A stretch of DNA of 64,000 bases from Guillardia theta CCMP2712. Lineage: Eukaryota > Protista > Cryptophyta. The DNA lies in contig NW_005434663.1 of the NCBI RefSeq assembly GCF_000315625.1, positions 711,882 through 775,881 of the forward strand. The letters run 5' to 3'. A program made the position numbers and the translations under genes. The notes beneath the pieces are model-generated. The model saw only the letters and a program-made list of their open reading frames with translations, did not search any database and was not told where the DNA came from. Shown here piece after piece: positions 60,640 to 64,000 of this stretch (the stretch's first letter is position 1; each line of letters opens with the position of its first letter).

Positions 60640-61185
60640 TCGCTACCCCCTTTTCCTGTATTAGATTAGGGGGTGGGGTCATGGGGGTTCCATTGTATCC
60701 ACCTTGCCAAGTCCCCGATTTGAACTACCCCTGTCCAACAGAGGGGGAAATGGGGGTGAATGTAACCACCCCACCCCTTGAATTACCCACATATACCCAC
60801 CTTTGATCCTTCAAACTGACTACCCTGAAGGCACCCCACTTCCCTTGCATAGCAGCTACCCCTCTGGGAATTTAAGTACCCCATAGCTGTCCCCGGGTAA
60901 AAAGGAGGGGTGGTGAGCACTACCCATACCCGACGGGGAATATCGTGTACTCTACTCGTCCATAGGGGGTCATAGATACAGGGTGGGTGATCAAAATCTG
61001 ACCCGATGGGTGGGGTCCAAAGGTGAACATACATATCAAAATGTGGGGTACTATTCCATCATCAGAGGGGTGTAGTGAATCAAGTAGGGGTCCATGTTTT
61101 GACTGAGTAGGGTAGGGGTAAAAGAACAGGCAGCGCGACGGCCGGATAAGTAGGGGGTGGGGTGGTAGGGGAAGTGGTTTCATGT
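60640..61185. promoter_or_regulatory. GGGGT/ACCCC-rich island upstream of the elongase
   Basis: Same texture as 985-2110, followed by a GA-rich tract and then the gene. Confidence 0.4.
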
Positions 61186-61533
61186 AGGCGGGGAGCAGAT
61201 GGCGGGAGAGGGGGGGAGGGAGAGGAAGGGAGGGAGAGAGCGAGGATCATGTGTATTGAGCATGCGTACGAGTACGAGGAGATGTCACTACTGTAAGGGT
61301 GTGAAGAGCGGGTTGATCACGCAACCAGAACTCTCGCGCACTGTACTAGAACGTGCAAGATTTCGAGACGTCGGATCTTTCAAGTTTAGGGTGTGTTTGC
61401 CTGTCCATGTAGCTGGCCGTCATACGTTCTACCCAGAATTTAGTTTTGCTTGCAATGAGCCAGAAAGTCCGACTTTTGCTGTGATCTTCTATCACCCCTG
61501 TGCTCAACAGATTCGTGTTTCAGGGGGAAACCC

Positions 61534-62982
61534 ATGGCGACAGCACCGGTATTCTTGCTGCCACTCGGCGATTCCTTTAGGAGCTTCGAGGAAGGTTTCA
61601 GGGGACAGGTATTTCTGCGTGCTATCGCGCTCCTCGATACTGAGAGTTTCTAGAAATGGATCGACTTCACAAGGGACCATGCCGAGATCCCCGTTTTTGC
61701 AGTCTGCGCATATTTCGCTCTTGTCTTCTACGTATGATCCTTCCCCCCCCCCTTCCCCCCCCCACCACCACCACCACCCCGTGGCCAGTCCTCCCATCAT
61801 GACGCATGTCCATGTGTAGGTTCCGGGGTTGCTGAAAGATCGCTCGGCGTTCCAGGTAAGAGCTCGGCGTCCTCCCTCCCTCCCTCCCTCCCTCTAATGA
61901 GGATTCCAGCTCCGCCAGCTCTTTGCAGCATGGAATCTTCTGCTCTCCGTGTTCAGTCTGATGGGATCTGTCCGAACAGTCCCCCACCTCATCTACTACT
62001 TGAGAAGGTAAGCTTGACGACGAGCAGAGCAGGGGAGCAGGCTCAGAACCGATGACCGCGGTGCTACAGGGACGGGTTCAAGGCTACGGTGTGCAGGGAC
62101 CCACAAGAATGGTATCTCGATGGGCCGGCTGGCCTGTGGGTGGGGTTGTTCATCTTTTCTAAGGTGATGTCCACTCTGCTATGACTGCCAGATGACAGGG
62201 CTGGTTGACAGATCCCAGAACTGTTGGATACTGCATTTCTGGTGCTTCAGAAGAAGAGGGTAGAGGAGCAAGCGTGACTTTGACTGTCGCTGATGAGGTC
62301 TTGCAGGTCATTTTTCTCCATTGGTTCCATCACGTAACTGTCATGCTCTACTGCTGGCACGCTTTCCACAACAAGGTTGCTCCCGGTGTGTTGAGTTGAG
62401 TTCCCACGGCGTGTCGGCTGACGCTGCGGTTGAAGGGCTCTGGTTTGCAAGCATGAACTACCTGGTACACTCAGTGATGTACACGTACTACTTCGCCATG
62501 GCAGCCAGGCTAAGGTGCGGCCTCCTTGTGCTCTGACCCCTCCCCTGACACGTTGACACGTTGTCAGTTGGTTGGCGACTCCGTTTGCGCCCATGATCAC
62601 GTCAATCCAGATCACGCAGATGGCCGTGGGAAGCTACGTTACCCTCACATCGGCCATGGAGCACTTACAGGGGGGGGCTGCAGCCTGCTACGTAGACGCT
62701 GCAAACTACAAGCTCGGCTTCGCCATGTACGCGTCTTATTTCGTGCTCTTCTCGTTCCTGTTCTACGAGAAGTACTTCGACCGCAACTCTAGGAGCAGTC
62801 AGCAGAAGAGCGAGAAGATCTGTGGGGTGGACATTGGGTCCAGAGGAGCTGTGGACACAGCGGGAAGGTTCGAAGACTTCTCGAGGGGAAGTGCATCGCC
62901 TAGCACGAGTGGGAATGCGAGTCCGTTGTGGACTGCTTCGAGTATTGCTCAGGTGGTCGACGGGAAGAAGAAAACAAAATAG
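61534..62982 (+). CDS. Fatty acid elongase, GNS1/SUR4 (ELO) family, ELOVL6-like
   Basis: WNLLLSVFS.MG, FIFSKIPELLDTAFLVLQK, FLHWFHH, MNYLVHSVMYTYY, ITSIQITQM, MYASYFVLF..F; C-terminal KKKTK ER-retrieval signal. Confidence 0.95.
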
Positions 62983-63144
62983 GGTTGTCAAGATAGTCAG
63001 GGGCTGGAAGCTTTGAGTTCATTCCCAACAGATACAAAAATCGTGAGACAACACATTGAAATCTCACACAAGATTAACACAAAGGTTTAAATTGAAAGAA
63101 GAAACTACGGGTGATATACAGAGATTTGAGGCTTGTACCTGCCA

Positions 63145-63727
63145 TCATTGCTCAAGTGCCATGTTCTGTGGCTGAGTTGCGGGAGCCCTGCCAAGCTTGG
63201 GGCCATTGTCAACTCCCAGGCCCACAGCAGCCTCAGCATCGCGCTGGCAGTGCGGCTTAGCTCCCTTGAGCTCCTTCACTCTCATCTTGTAAAATCGCGA
63301 CTTCTTGTGCTGGTCGAGCGCCTGCTTGTTGATGAACCACCTTCCTGTCTCGACGCCTGCGCGTCATCTGAGTGCAAGGAGACAATCCTCAACAGGCTCA
63401 CAGTAGTATTGACCCATCCCAGGAAGGTCTTCGTCGAGCGGCTGCTTGGCCGTGCGGGGAAGAGCCTGCGGGGAAGTCAAGGAGGGGCAGCAATCATGAG
63501 CTCGGGACTTGCCGCATCAGCCCGGATGCCGTTGGCCTCCTCCTTCTCGGGGTCAGCACGAACATCCTTCCACACCTGGACGCGACTCATCTCAGCAGAG
63601 TCCCGAGGAGGGGATGGGACTCGACCTGGTCGACGTGCCTGTTCAGAAACCTTGCGAGCGCCGCGCGTTTCTTTGGGGCCTTCATGTTGTGCCCCTTCTT
63701 GGCTTTGTGACGCTGAGCAGACCCCAT
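63145..63727 (-). CDS. ZNF593: ZNF593/Bud20 pre-60S ribosome biogenesis factor
   Basis: Spliced product MGSAQRHKAKKGH...RHVDQVWKDV...LDEDLPGMGQYYCVETGRWFINKQALDQHKKSRFYKMRVKELKGAKPHCQRDAEAAVGLGVDNGP; includes one GC-AG intron (63466-63512). Confidence 0.92.
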
Positions 63728-64000
63728 CTACGACACGTGAAGGTGAACGACGCGAAGCAAACATTGACAAAATGCGGGATGTTCCGTGGACAAGAAATAA
63801 TCATGAGAGCTCCCTAGTTGTCTGTTCTACTTATTGGACATCTCAGGTCGAAGTGCAGGAAACAGAAACAACGTTGTGAAAGTATGAAACTACAGGCAAC
63901 TTCGCATGCCTTCGCTTTCTGCCAATCTCTAATTCTATCAGCGACTAATTGCATGAAGCTCATAGAAAAATTCATAGAAAACCTTGAAACCTGCAGCTCC

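Overview
This is eukaryotic nuclear DNA, not prokaryotic: GC-rich coding exons, very many short (~45-55 nt) GT-AG introns with CTGAC-like branch points, microsatellite-swollen longer introns and four 100-N scaffold gaps. Intron style plus gene content (epiplastin-like protein, EsV-1-7 repeats, nuclear DUF3119 plastid-type gene) point to a cryptophyte alga of the Guillardia/Hanusia type (inference). By manual splicing I can support about 21 protein genes. Recognisable ones are an epiplastin/articulin-like protein, a PDZ protein, a cNMP-CaMK-cNMP kinase, ASNSD1, a very large CHORD-like/FN3/redoxin-like protein, a secreted S9-type alpha/beta hydrolase, an EsV-1-7 repeat protein, an RLK/Pelle (RLCK-IX-like) kinase-RING, a PH protein, DUF3119, an EF-hand protein, TUG/ASPSCR1, a calpain, an ELO elongase and ZNF593/Bud20. 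The rest are three related small intronless orphan ORFs (two nearly identical), a head-to-head pair of paralogous Cys/His coiled-coil proteins, and a few other orphans. I found no rRNA, no complete tRNA, no CRISPR and no recognisable transposase or reverse transcriptase. The most interesting signals are: (i) the plant-PUB-kinase-like Pelle kinase fused to a RING; (ii) the divergent paralog pair whose Cys/His motifs read like a RING-TRAF zinc module split by large inserts; (iii) the three-member microprotein cluster; and (iv) a two-class intergenic pattern, with GGGGT/ACCCC islands upstream of gene starts and palindrome-rich CCGG/GTSAC/TGACTC islands mostly just past 3' ends at head-to-tail junctions. 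All exon structures were inferred by eye, and starts are less certain than ends.
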